Origin: Archaeoglobi archaeon JdFR-42
GTDB taxonomy: Archaea; Halobacteriota; Archaeoglobi; Archaeoglobales; JdFR-42
Reading direction: 5' to 3'
Assembly: GCA_002010305.1 (NCBI GenBank)
Contig: MTND01000009.1
Span: forward strand, 18,805-82,804
Length of the DNA stretch: 64,000 nucleotides
Below the pieces are notes generated by a model. It searched no databases. It was not told the origin of the DNA and was given only the letters and a program-made list of their open reading frames with translations. Below are positions 53,175 through 61,981 of the stretch, piece after piece (the stretch's first letter is position 1; each line of letters begins with the position of its first letter). The translations under genes were made by a program, and so were the position numbers.

Positions 53175-54894
53175 GTTCTCTCAAAAATTTGCTTAATGGA
53201 GTTACATTCTTAAGATGTCCTCCTATCCGGATAAATACATCTTTAGGCATGGTGTACTCCATAGGGGCAACTGTAGCTGGTGTGGGTATGTATGTGAACG
53301 GTCTCTCACCCATCACCTTTTCAACGTCCACATAGAAGTTTATTCCCCCTCCCGGTAATATGAAAGCCTTTGCTCCCCCTACAGTTACTTTTATTTCACC
53401 TTTATGCACTGCTTCAGTCACTGCTAGAGGGTTATTTGCTATACCGGCTCGAGCGCTACCTCCAACCCCTCCGCAGTAAAGGGCCGATACCTTAGCCTTT
53501 TCACAGTTTTTAGAGATGGTTTTAACAACATCCAATGCCTTTTTATCCGGTTCAATTTCCTTTAAATTCTTTTTTTCTAAGATAAACACGGAAATATGAT
53601 CGCCTGTTGTATCTGTAACAAGAATTCTCATTCCGTCCCAGGCTTGATCAAAATCGATAGATCGGATTGCATCTCTTGGATCTTTTACAGGGGTTCCACC
53701 GATTCCATCTCCATGTTCACCAAAATACCTCCCGTCTGTGCTCTTAATTCCAAAAGGAACTACACCAGAATATTTCATCCCCAAGAACTTGCCTGCTGAA
53801 TGTTCTGAAAGTAGACCAGTTATATGAGAATCCAGCACTATTACCTCATCAGCCACTTCTTTCAACAGGGGTGCAAACATGGCTATTACGGCACTTCCAC
53901 ATCCAAGACGCATTCTTTTAATAACTTCTCCATTGATGACCGGAGGTTTACCAATCTTCACACTCACTTTCACTCTCTTTCTCCCGACTCTGAGTTCCAC
54001 TTCTTCTCCGTTGGCTATTTCAACAACAGTCCTAGCAGCAGTAATTCCATTTTTACCCTGGAATACATTTACCCCACCGATATCTATCATTTTAGAACCA
54101 TATTCCTCTGTAACGATCATACCTACCTTTTTCCCATTTCTGTAAACAGCCTCACCTTCTTCACCGATGAACTCATCCGTGTCAATCTTCAACTTTAATA
54201 AACTAAAACTGAGAGGTGTAGCAGAAACAACGGTAACCACATCCACATCTTCTACAGTGTCCTCAACTATCACAGGAGCAGGAACAAAACATGGCTGAGT
54301 ATTGCCAGCACCAACCCCAGTAACCAGCGGTAAATCTGGAGTTTTCTCTGAGGGAACCGCGATTTTCCTGGCAAGGACTAATGAACCATTCAAATTTTTA
54401 TATCTCAGACAAGCTCCCAGATCTCCTTCTTTAATCTGACAGTTAACAGGACAGTAAGAACATATCACACCCTCAGAGGGATGAATTGAGATAGCATTTT
54501 TGGGACAAACCTTAACACATGTATTACAGTCGACGCAGATGGATGGATTTACATATGCCCTATCTTCTCCAAGGGAAATCGCTTTTTTCGGACACTCCTG
54601 TACACAGACTCCACATTTATTGCAGACATCTGAAACTACAGCATCTCCGCCTCCAATGGGTGGAACAATAACAACAGAATCCCCTTCCTGTATCTCCTCT
54701 GATTCAAAATCTTTCCAGATTACTTTACCATTGATCATAACCCTCGCATGCAACCCCCGTTCGAAAAGAGAATATTTTTCGTTCAGCGTATCAATGAGTT
54801 CCTGAACGGTACCTGTGTATAAGCTTATTATTTCTTTATCTTTTCCAGTTACATCCCTGATATTCGCCAGATATGTTACCCTGATCTCTTTCAT
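53155..54894 (-). CDS. MoaD/ThiS-like domain + 2x[4Fe-4S] ferredoxin domain + third Cys cluster + large uncharacterised catalytic domain (possibly 6-hydroxynicotinate-reductase-like)
   Basis: Residues 1-83 fit a MoaD pattern ending PPIGGG. Then CNKCGVCVQECP, CVDCNTCVKVCP and CSYCPVNC-x9-C. About 410 aa follow with no motif I recognise. Confidence 0.55.
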   Translation of the reverse strand: MKEIRVTYLANIRDVTGKDKEIISLYTGTVQELIDTLNEKYSLFERGLHARVMINGKVIWKDFESEEIQEGDSVVIVPPIGGGDAVVSDVCNKCGVCVQECPKKAISLGEDRAYVNPSICVDCNTCVKVCPKNAISIHPSEGVICSYCPVNCQIKEGDLGACLRYKNLNGSLVLARKIAVPSEKTPDLPLVTGVGAGNTQPCFVPAPVIVEDTVEDVDVVTVVSATPLSFSLLKLKIDTDEFIGEEGEAVYRNGKKVGMIVTEEYGSKMIDIGGVNVFQGKNGITAARTVVEIANGEEVELRVGRKRVKVSVKIGKPPVINGEVIKRMRLGCGSAVIAMFAPLLKEVADEVIVLDSHITGLLSEHSAGKFLGMKYSGVVPFGIKSTDGRYFGEHGDGIGGTPVKDPRDAIRSIDFDQAWDGMRILVTDTTGDHISVFILEKKNLKEIEPDKKALDVVKTISKNCEKAKVSALYCGGVGGSARAGIANNPLAVTEAVHKGEIKVTVGGAKAFILPGGGINFYVDVEKVMGERPFTYIPTPATVAPMEYTMPKDVFIRIGGHLKNVTPLSKFLREHEIERL

Positions 54895-56735
54895 GAGACT
54901 AAACCCAGTTCTTTAAGTTTTTCTTTATGTGGTATGCCATTTTCACTCCATCCTCTTAAACGGTAATATTCATCTAGCATGACTTCCAGTTCTACCACCT
55001 GATTTAAGGCTCCTTTGCTGGGATTGGGCTCATGGGTAAACCTTTTAGGAAGGGTATCATCTTTTCTTGTTACACCATGCTTAACAAGATACATTCTTTC
55101 AAGATTGATTATTCTTTCCCCTATGACCATCAGATCCTTCTCAGTAAATCTCACTCCCGTAGCAAAGGTTAACAATCTCGCCATATGCTCTACTGAAAAC
55201 CCATAAATAAGGTTGGTCATGAATTCACAAATTCCAAGAGAATCTGCCAGAGCTGCCACATGCTCACTCCATATTACTAACTTGGCCTTTCCTTCCACGG
55301 CAAATCTGTCAGAGGCTTTTTCTGTTCCAAACATCTCTTTTGCTCTTTCTGGTGGAAAGGCATACTCTGCTGTTGGAAGAGCCCTCAAATGATCGCCACC
55401 TCGACTTGCAACAGCATATCCAAGACCATAAGCTTTTTTTCCTCTTGGATCCGAAGCACAATGTAACAGCCCCTTTGTATGGATTACAAATTCTTCCCCA
55501 CCCAGCTTTTTTGCGGCTTCATAAGCTCCCTCAGCTAGGATGTCACCGAACCCTTCCCGATGAGCAATCATATCTACAAGGCGAATGATGGAGTCACTAT
55601 CTCCCCATTTAAGCTCAAAACCCACTGTTTTTTTATCTATAATGCCTTTTTCGTAAGCCTCCAGAGCCCAGCTCACCGTTCTAGAGGTGGTTATAACATC
55701 CAGTCCAAGCTTGTTCAGCATAGTATTGAGATATAGCACTGCCTCAGGATCTGATATCCCACATCCTGATCCAAAACCTCCAGTTTGCTCATATTCAGGC
55801 CCCTCACCATATGTTTTATACTTACCATCTTTCACCACATAAAAATGACTGCAATGGATGTAACACATATAGCAACCTTTACTCTTGGTTATATATTTAT
55901 CCAGCAATGTTTCAGCGCTTAAATTTTCAGCAAATTCAAAATCCCCTCTTTGACTGTTATAGGTATTCAGCCACCCCTGTTCATTGGCTATCATTAATAG
56001 GGCTGGAGTTCCGTATGTCGAAAGGCTTCGAGCCATAGGATCAGTCAGTATATCATCTCTGGTTGCAAGAGCTTCTTCAAGGAATTTATCAGGATCATAC
56101 AGACTCACACCTTTCGTCCCTCTAACCACAACACCCTTGAGATTCTTTGAGCCCATCACAGCACCCATGCCACATTTTCCTGCTGCTCTAGACAGGTTAC
56201 TCAGAACACATGCAGTTTTAACAAGATTTTCTCCAGCAGGTCCTATCACAAGTGTTTGGGCTTCTATATCGGTCTCTTCCCTGAGAATTCTATCGGTTTC
56301 CCAGACATTCTGGCCCCATATGTGATTGGCATTTCTTATCTCAATATCATCATCCCTGATTGAGATGTAACAGGGCGTTTTTGCCTTACCTGTCACAATA
56401 AGATGGTCATAGCCAGCAAATCTGAGCTCTGGTCCAAAGTGCCCTCCACTATTTCCATCACAGAGCATTCCATTTATCGGAGACTTTGAGGTGACTGTCC
56501 ATCTGCCTGAAGAAGGAGCGAATGTTCCTCCAAGGGGACCTGTTCCTACAATAAAGGGATTTTCTTCACTGAATGGATGTGTATTCTCATCTGTAAGGTC
56601 ATAAAGTAACTTCGAGTTTCCACCTCGTCCACCTAGAAAATTCAGCCTGATGTCTTCGGGCGTTGGATATACCTTGACATTACCTGATGAAAGGTCCACT
56701 TTGACAATTCTTCCACTCCACCCATAAATATTCAT
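54891..56735 (-). CDS. aor: aldehyde:ferredoxin oxidoreductase family tungsto/molybdopterin enzyme
   Basis: GWSGRIVKVDLSSG start and the LGGRGG motif. 614 aa with typical AOR layout. Confidence 0.85.
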   Translation of the reverse strand: MNIYGWSGRIVKVDLSSGNVKVYPTPEDIRLNFLGGRGGNSKLLYDLTDENTHPFSEENPFIVGTGPLGGTFAPSSGRWTVTSKSPINGMLCDGNSGGHFGPELRFAGYDHLIVTGKAKTPCYISIRDDDIEIRNANHIWGQNVWETDRILREETDIEAQTLVIGPAGENLVKTACVLSNLSRAAGKCGMGAVMGSKNLKGVVVRGTKGVSLYDPDKFLEEALATRDDILTDPMARSLSTYGTPALLMIANEQGWLNTYNSQRGDFEFAENLSAETLLDKYITKSKGCYMCYIHCSHFYVVKDGKYKTYGEGPEYEQTGGFGSGCGISDPEAVLYLNTMLNKLGLDVITTSRTVSWALEAYEKGIIDKKTVGFELKWGDSDSIIRLVDMIAHREGFGDILAEGAYEAAKKLGGEEFVIHTKGLLHCASDPRGKKAYGLGYAVASRGGDHLRALPTAEYAFPPERAKEMFGTEKASDRFAVEGKAKLVIWSEHVAALADSLGICEFMTNLIYGFSVEHMARLLTFATGVRFTEKDLMVIGERIINLERMYLVKHGVTRKDDTLPKRFTHEPNPSKGALNQVVELEVMLDEYYRLRGWSENGIPHKEKLKELGLVS

Positions 56736-57199
56736 CAGACCACCCTTTCTCCAGAAAGAAATCTTTTTACGAGCTCAATCCTTTTTTCACTCCCGGATTT
56801 AAATTCTTCACCGAAGAATATAGCATGGGTGGGACATATTGTCGCGCAAAAAGGGTCTCCACCACATAGATCGCACTTAATAGGTCTATTCCCCCTGACA
56901 GATATTGATCCAAAGGGACAGGCGATAACACATAACTTGCAACCAATGCATCTCTCATCATTTATTATAACGGCTTTTCCCTCCCGTACTACTGCCCCAA
57001 CTGGACACACATTCATACAAGGAGGGTCCTCACAGTGAAAACATAGCACAGGAAAATCTATTCCTTTTTCTTCGAATTTAACTACCTTCACTCTGGAAAA
57101 TGATGGATTCGCTATTTTTTCTTTTATCAAAGAACAACCAGACTCACATATCCTGCAACCGGTGCATTTATCCGGGTCGGATAACAGGATGAACTCCAT
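56735..57199 (-). CDS. 4x[4Fe-4S] ferredoxin-domain electron-transfer protein
   Basis: CTGCRICESGC, CFHCEDPPCMNVCP, CIGCKLCVIACP and CDLCGGDPFCATICP. Start is at 57199 or 57226. Confidence 0.8.
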   Translation of the reverse strand: MEFILLSDPDKCTGCRICESGCSLIKEKIANPSFSRVKVVKFEEKGIDFPVLCFHCEDPPCMNVCPVGAVVREGKAVIINDERCIGCKLCVIACPFGSISVRGNRPIKCDLCGGDPFCATICPTHAIFFGEEFKSGSEKRIELVKRFLSGERVV

Positions 57200-57240
57200 A
57201 ATACCACGTCGCCAATTGCTTATCATCTTACGATATTTAA

Positions 57241-58278
57241 TTATTTCGAATTTATTGAATTAAATACCTCTAAAACTTCTATTGTGAGTTCAATGGAGCT
57301 ACTGGACTTTTTAGCAGATAGTGGATCGAATTCACATATATCAAGGCCCACCACATTGCAATTTTTGATGATCCAAATAACAGAGTCGATAAATGGTTTA
57401 CACCCAATTCCGTTATAGTCATTAAATCTAACTCCAGAGATGCATGTGCCTGATGCCACATCCAAATCGATGGACAGCAAGACTGGTTGCCTTTCGAAAC
57501 CTTTCATCACTTTTTTAAAAAATCCTGCAGGATTGCTCCTGAGTCTATCTCTCTGTATGATTTTCACACCCTGTTTTTCAAATCCAGTGTAGAAATCCAG
57601 ATATTTCTTTACTCTTTCATCATCGATTTCCCATGCATGTTCAGGGGGATAGTCTGCCACTCCAGCTACAACAGTATTTTCAGGGTTCACAATGTTATTT
57701 TCCCATAGATGATACAGATATGAATCAGCATTGTAAGAATTGGGCCTTCCATAGATATACGGGTTGTATAGAGAATATCTGGATTCAGGATTTGTCTCAG
57801 CATCATACTGGATCAAATTGCATCTGATTTCCGGTATTATAGCATCAAAATGAGCATCCAGTACCACATATACAAGATTTTCATAGATATTCGAAAGATA
57901 CTCTGCCAGTCCTCCCGAAAGACTGTGATCAACTCCCACCATCACAGGAATTCCTTCCGCATGATTAACACATGCCTTGAATACTTCCTCTGCATACTCA
58001 TAACATCCATTCGAGTCTATAAAAGCCACAAAGTTATCCACAGTGAGCATGGGTAAATCATATATATCAGGAACAGGTCGCAACCAACTTTCCACTTCAA
58101 TTTTAAAAAAAGAGACACCAACTCGTTTCTCTAGTTCAGTGGATGGATCTATCCAAGAGAGACTAGATGGGTTTAAAACCGCCCTCCTTTTACTTTCTAT
58201 TCTTGGTTCCCTTTCATCTGGATCAAGAGAACAGCTGAGGAACCAACATTCACCGGCAAAATCCCTCATTGAACTCAT
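57241..58278 (-). CDS. ureohydrolase (arginase / agmatinase / formiminoglutamase) family protein with an N-terminal extension
   Basis: VGVDHSLSGG, VLDAHFDA and LSIDLDVASG give a complete binuclear-Mn ligand pattern. The start overlaps the upstream gene by 20-29 nt. Confidence 0.7.
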   Translation of the reverse strand: MSSMRDFAGECWFLSCSLDPDEREPRIESKRRAVLNPSSLSWIDPSTELEKRVGVSFFKIEVESWLRPVPDIYDLPMLTVDNFVAFIDSNGCYEYAEEVFKACVNHAEGIPVMVGVDHSLSGGLAEYLSNIYENLVYVVLDAHFDAIIPEIRCNLIQYDAETNPESRYSLYNPYIYGRPNSYNADSYLYHLWENNIVNPENTVVAGVADYPPEHAWEIDDERVKKYLDFYTGFEKQGVKIIQRDRLRSNPAGFFKKVMKGFERQPVLLSIDLDVASGTCISGVRFNDYNGIGCKPFIDSVIWIIKNCNVVGLDICEFDPLSAKKSSSSIELTIEVLEVFNSINSK

Positions 58279-59284
58279 CAGCAGCCTTTACCATGGCTTT
58301 AAGATTATCCAGAGGTGCCTGAGGAGGTATGGCACACGCACCACATAGCACATCAATCCCATCTTTCAAAGCCTGGAGGGAGAGCTCTTTCACCACCTCA
58401 GGAGTTCCATTGAGCAATCCCTCTACCGTTGGGACGTTGCCGAACAGAGCCAGTTTTCCACCAAGCTTCTCTTTTGCTGTTTTAACATCCACCATAGAAT
58501 CAAATGAATATGCTTCAAATCCAGAATCTGGAATGAAATCCAAGAAATAGCTGGTATTACCACAAATATGCAATATTATTTCACCCTTTACACTCCTGGC
58601 TATTTCTCTGTAAATAGGAATTAATAATTCTTTGAAACTCCTAGGACTGATTAAATCACCACTAGCAGTCGGGTCTGCTATGCATAAAATGTTTCCGCCA
58701 CTTTCCATCACTCTGTTACCATACTCTATATTGAATTTTGTTACTTCATTCAAACCCTCTTTTACTGCTTCTTTTTCCTTCAATGTCATCCTCAGCATTT
58801 TTTCTGTACCAATCAGATGACCTAAAAGCGTGAAAGGACCGACAATTTGAGGGTATATTGGGAGGAAATCTCCATATTTCTCATTTAATATTTCAAGACT
58901 CTTGAAAACCAGGTCAAACCTTCCTTTCTCAAAGACGTCATCGGTGAAGGTCAATTGAGAGACATCCTCGAAAGCTGGTTTGATCACATATGGATTTCTG
59001 CCCATTTTTCCCATATTTAACGTGCTACCAAAAGCTTCTGCTTCCACTGTTAGTTCGAATGGAACTTTAATACCTTTCAAACCCACCACTTCAAAAGCTG
59101 CAGAGGCTAACTTCACCATCAATTCCACATCAGAGTGAGCTTCTGGCCAGAAGGCATTAACAGCTTTCATTTGATCGAAAGTTGGAGTGGTTAAGGGGCT
59201 CGAGGCCAGTGTTTCACATTCTCTTCCTCTTTTTTTCAGAATATCCTTGGTTAATTCCAGATAATTCATGTTTATCCCTTCCAT
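58250..59284 (-). CDS. uroporphyrinogen decarboxylase (URO-D) superfamily protein, MtaA/CmuA-like methyltransferase type
   Basis: N-terminal pattern FDQMKAVNAFWPEAH, and ILHICGNT plus a late Cys (LCGACAIPP), consistent with Zn ligands of MtaA-type enzymes. GGTGA lies before the ATG. Confidence 0.65.
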   Translation of the reverse strand: MEGINMNYLELTKDILKKRGRECETLASSPLTTPTFDQMKAVNAFWPEAHSDVELMVKLASAAFEVVGLKGIKVPFELTVEAEAFGSTLNMGKMGRNPYVIKPAFEDVSQLTFTDDVFEKGRFDLVFKSLEILNEKYGDFLPIYPQIVGPFTLLGHLIGTEKMLRMTLKEKEAVKEGLNEVTKFNIEYGNRVMESGGNILCIADPTASGDLISPRSFKELLIPIYREIARSVKGEIILHICGNTSYFLDFIPDSGFEAYSFDSMVDVKTAKEKLGGKLALFGNVPTVEGLLNGTPEVVKELSLQALKDGIDVLCGACAIPPQAPLDNLKAMVKAADEFNEGFCR

Positions 59285-59310
59285 TTCACCATTCTCATGT
59301 ATTAAAAAAT

Positions 59311-60456
59311 TTAAAGGGAGCGCTGGACAAGCTCCATTATATCATATACCGGTATCGAGGGCTGAGCATCCTGAAGGTTTCTCACACAGAAAGGACATGA
59401 TGTAACAATTGCCTCTACCCCTAAAGATTCTGCTTCTTTTACCCTATCCTTAGAAGTCTGAATAGCAAGATCTGGGAAAGCTCCTTTAACTCCTCCACCA
59501 GCCCCACAGCAGAAAGAGTTGCCTCTGTTTCTCGGCATTTCAATCAACTCAATCCCAAGCTTGTTCAGTATTTCTCTGGGTTCTTCGTATATCTCAGCAT
59601 GTCTTCCCAAATGACATGGATCATGGTAAGTAACTTTCATACCAAGAGATGCTGAGGGTCCCAGTCGGTCTTTCAGGAACTGGGTTATGTGATAGAAATT
59701 CAGTTTGTCATACCCAGGAAACTCAAAACTGGCATAATCTTTGCTGAGGGTTTTGTAACACCCAGCACATGTAGCGACTACATCCTTAATACCCGTCTCT
59801 TTGATCTTATCAATATTTTCACCCATTACTTGCTCTGCAACATCCCACTGCCCAATTCTGATTAATGGAGATCCACAACAAACCTCATCTTTCCCTAAAA
59901 CTGTGAATTCAATACCCAGCTTGTCAAAGACGTCTGCGGTCGCTTTCGGTATGTGGGGTTCTCTTAAAGCAGCTGTGCATCCTACAAAATACAGCACCTC
60001 TCTTCCATCTGCCTTTTTAACCATCCACTCTTCTTTTTTCTCTGGACTCTCTCCATATGGATTTTTAAACTGGAGAACATTCTGGGATATCCTTTCATGC
60101 TCCTTCAGAGATTTTCCATTTTTAACAGCTTCATATCTGAGAGCCTCAATGGTATTCAGAATTTCAGGCTTGAAATCAGTCTGACATTGATATTCACACC
60201 CACCACACACATTGCATGTAAATAGGGCTTTAATCATGGTGTCACTCCAATCCACTTCTTTATTTAGGATGGCTTTAGCCATTGCTGACTTGGATCTACT
60301 TCCCAGAAAAGCGTCAAATTTGAAAGTATTTCCTTGAGGACAGATGGGAGCAAAAAGTGGAGGAGGACCATAGCTGTAAGCAACTTTACATGTTCCACAG
60401 TAGGTGCACATGTACACCGCATCCTTTAATTCCTCAAGTGTTTTAAACCCCATCAT
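59311..60456 (-). CDS. Fe-S oxidoreductase with two CCG domains (GlcF / HdrD-like)
   Basis: CTYCGTCKVAYS and CNVCGGCEYQC ferredoxin-like motifs. Two CCG motifs (VCCGSP, FCCGAGGG). Confidence 0.8.
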   Translation of the reverse strand: MMGFKTLEELKDAVYMCTYCGTCKVAYSYGPPPLFAPICPQGNTFKFDAFLGSRSKSAMAKAILNKEVDWSDTMIKALFTCNVCGGCEYQCQTDFKPEILNTIEALRYEAVKNGKSLKEHERISQNVLQFKNPYGESPEKKEEWMVKKADGREVLYFVGCTAALREPHIPKATADVFDKLGIEFTVLGKDEVCCGSPLIRIGQWDVAEQVMGENIDKIKETGIKDVVATCAGCYKTLSKDYASFEFPGYDKLNFYHITQFLKDRLGPSASLGMKVTYHDPCHLGRHAEIYEEPREILNKLGIELIEMPRNRGNSFCCGAGGGVKGAFPDLAIQTSKDRVKEAESLGVEAIVTSCPFCVRNLQDAQPSIPVYDIMELVQRSL

Positions 60457-60457
60457 C

Positions 60458-61885
60458 TCACCTCACGAGCAGCTTACCAGGATTCATGATATTGTTTGGA
60501 TCGAGCATATCCTTAACCTTCTTCAGCAACTCCACATATCCTGTATCAGCTCGCTTGTATATCTCTTCCTGGAATTCCAGCGGTGGTTTATAGGGTATTC
60601 CCCCCACATCCAGCGCCACTCTTAACGCTTCTACGATAGCATCTCTCGCATTCTTGATCTTCTCTGGGTCTCTTTTATCAAAAGGTGTCATTGCTCTGAG
60701 CATCCCGTAATGGGTCCCCCTATAAAGGGTAATTCTGACAGAAGGGGAAAGATTTCTCCGAATATATATTTCCTTCCATCTATTGTAGGCTTCAGGCCAT
60801 TTAGGAGCTGGAGTGAAGGTCCCTGGCCATGAAATTCCACCCCCTGCCGATTTGGCATAATTTTTGGTAGAGCCAACAATCTGACTTGGAAGCTGAGTCC
60901 TTGCCTTTTTTGCCTCTTCAGGATACTCATACTCCTTCACACTGCTTCCACTTTCCTGTTCTTTTTTAAGGGACATCTCCCACATTTCTCGTTTAGCTTC
61001 TAGCTCTTTTTCTGTAAACCCGGTTATTACACTGTAACTGTACCATTCAGGCTCATCATCCGGTTTAGGTTTATAAGGGTACGGAATAGGGATCTGAGCT
61101 AGCCACCAGCTCACTGCGGTCAAATCATCCGCTGCTTCATATCTACCCCATCGGATCATGTAATTTGTCATATCTTCAACGTTCTCAGCCGAGACTGTTA
61201 ACACATCACTGTAGTCTGGGATTCCTGATACAACAATACCCAGCTTTGTTACGATCCCTGTGGTACCGAGGGTTCCTATAAACAAGCCATCCAGTCTAGG
61301 AACTGGATATAACGAATGCCATGAACCTGTTATCCCTGCACTACCAAGTCTTACCAATTCTCCTGTGGGAAGAATAACCTCCATACTGGTTATCATCTGA
61401 CTGTTAAGGCCATATCTACCGGTAAGATGTCCAATTCCATGATTTATGGCACAAGCCAGTACAGATGCCGATGGTGGACCCACAGGCCATCCAAACCTTA
61501 AGCCCTTTTCATATAGAGCGTCGGCCAGCTGTGCATGGCTGACTCCTGGCTCAATCACCGCATACCTCATTTCTTCATTGATCTCCACAATTTTATTCAT
61601 TCTTTTTAAATCTAAAATTATACCCCCTTTTTCTGGAATGCACAGTCCCCCTATATTGGTCCCCCCTGTAAATGGGATCACCGGGACTTTCTCTTCGTTA
61701 GCCATTTTCATAATAGCCTGAATCTCTTCAACAGTTTCCGGTAGGGCAATGATGTCTGGCATTTTTGGATCCACAAATGACATATCATATGAATACGTGT
61801 ATCTGACGAACTCGTCGTCGGATACCCACTCATCCCCCAGAATGTCAACTAGCCTTCTGTAAACCCTCTTTTTATCCCAACTCAT
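60458..61885 (-). CDS. FAD-linked oxidase (GlcD / D-lactate dehydrogenase family)
   Basis: FAD-binding PCMH-type domain (PFTGGTNIGG). The ATG at 61885 is preceded by GGGTGAT; the ORF-track start at 61918 is a GTG. Confidence 0.8.
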   Translation of the reverse strand: MSWDKKRVYRRLVDILGDEWVSDDEFVRYTYSYDMSFVDPKMPDIIALPETVEEIQAIMKMANEEKVPVIPFTGGTNIGGLCIPEKGGIILDLKRMNKIVEINEEMRYAVIEPGVSHAQLADALYEKGLRFGWPVGPPSASVLACAINHGIGHLTGRYGLNSQMITSMEVILPTGELVRLGSAGITGSWHSLYPVPRLDGLFIGTLGTTGIVTKLGIVVSGIPDYSDVLTVSAENVEDMTNYMIRWGRYEAADDLTAVSWWLAQIPIPYPYKPKPDDEPEWYSYSVITGFTEKELEAKREMWEMSLKKEQESGSSVKEYEYPEEAKKARTQLPSQIVGSTKNYAKSAGGGISWPGTFTPAPKWPEAYNRWKEIYIRRNLSPSVRITLYRGTHYGMLRAMTPFDKRDPEKIKNARDAIVEALRVALDVGGIPYKPPLEFQEEIYKRADTGYVELLKKVKDMLDPNNIMNPGKLLVR

Positions 61886-61981
61886 AACATCACCCGATAA
61901 AGGATAACCATTTATCACACATCAATAATGTTAAATAAACCTTTTTATTTTTCAATCTAATAAGTAAAGGGATAGGAGCAT

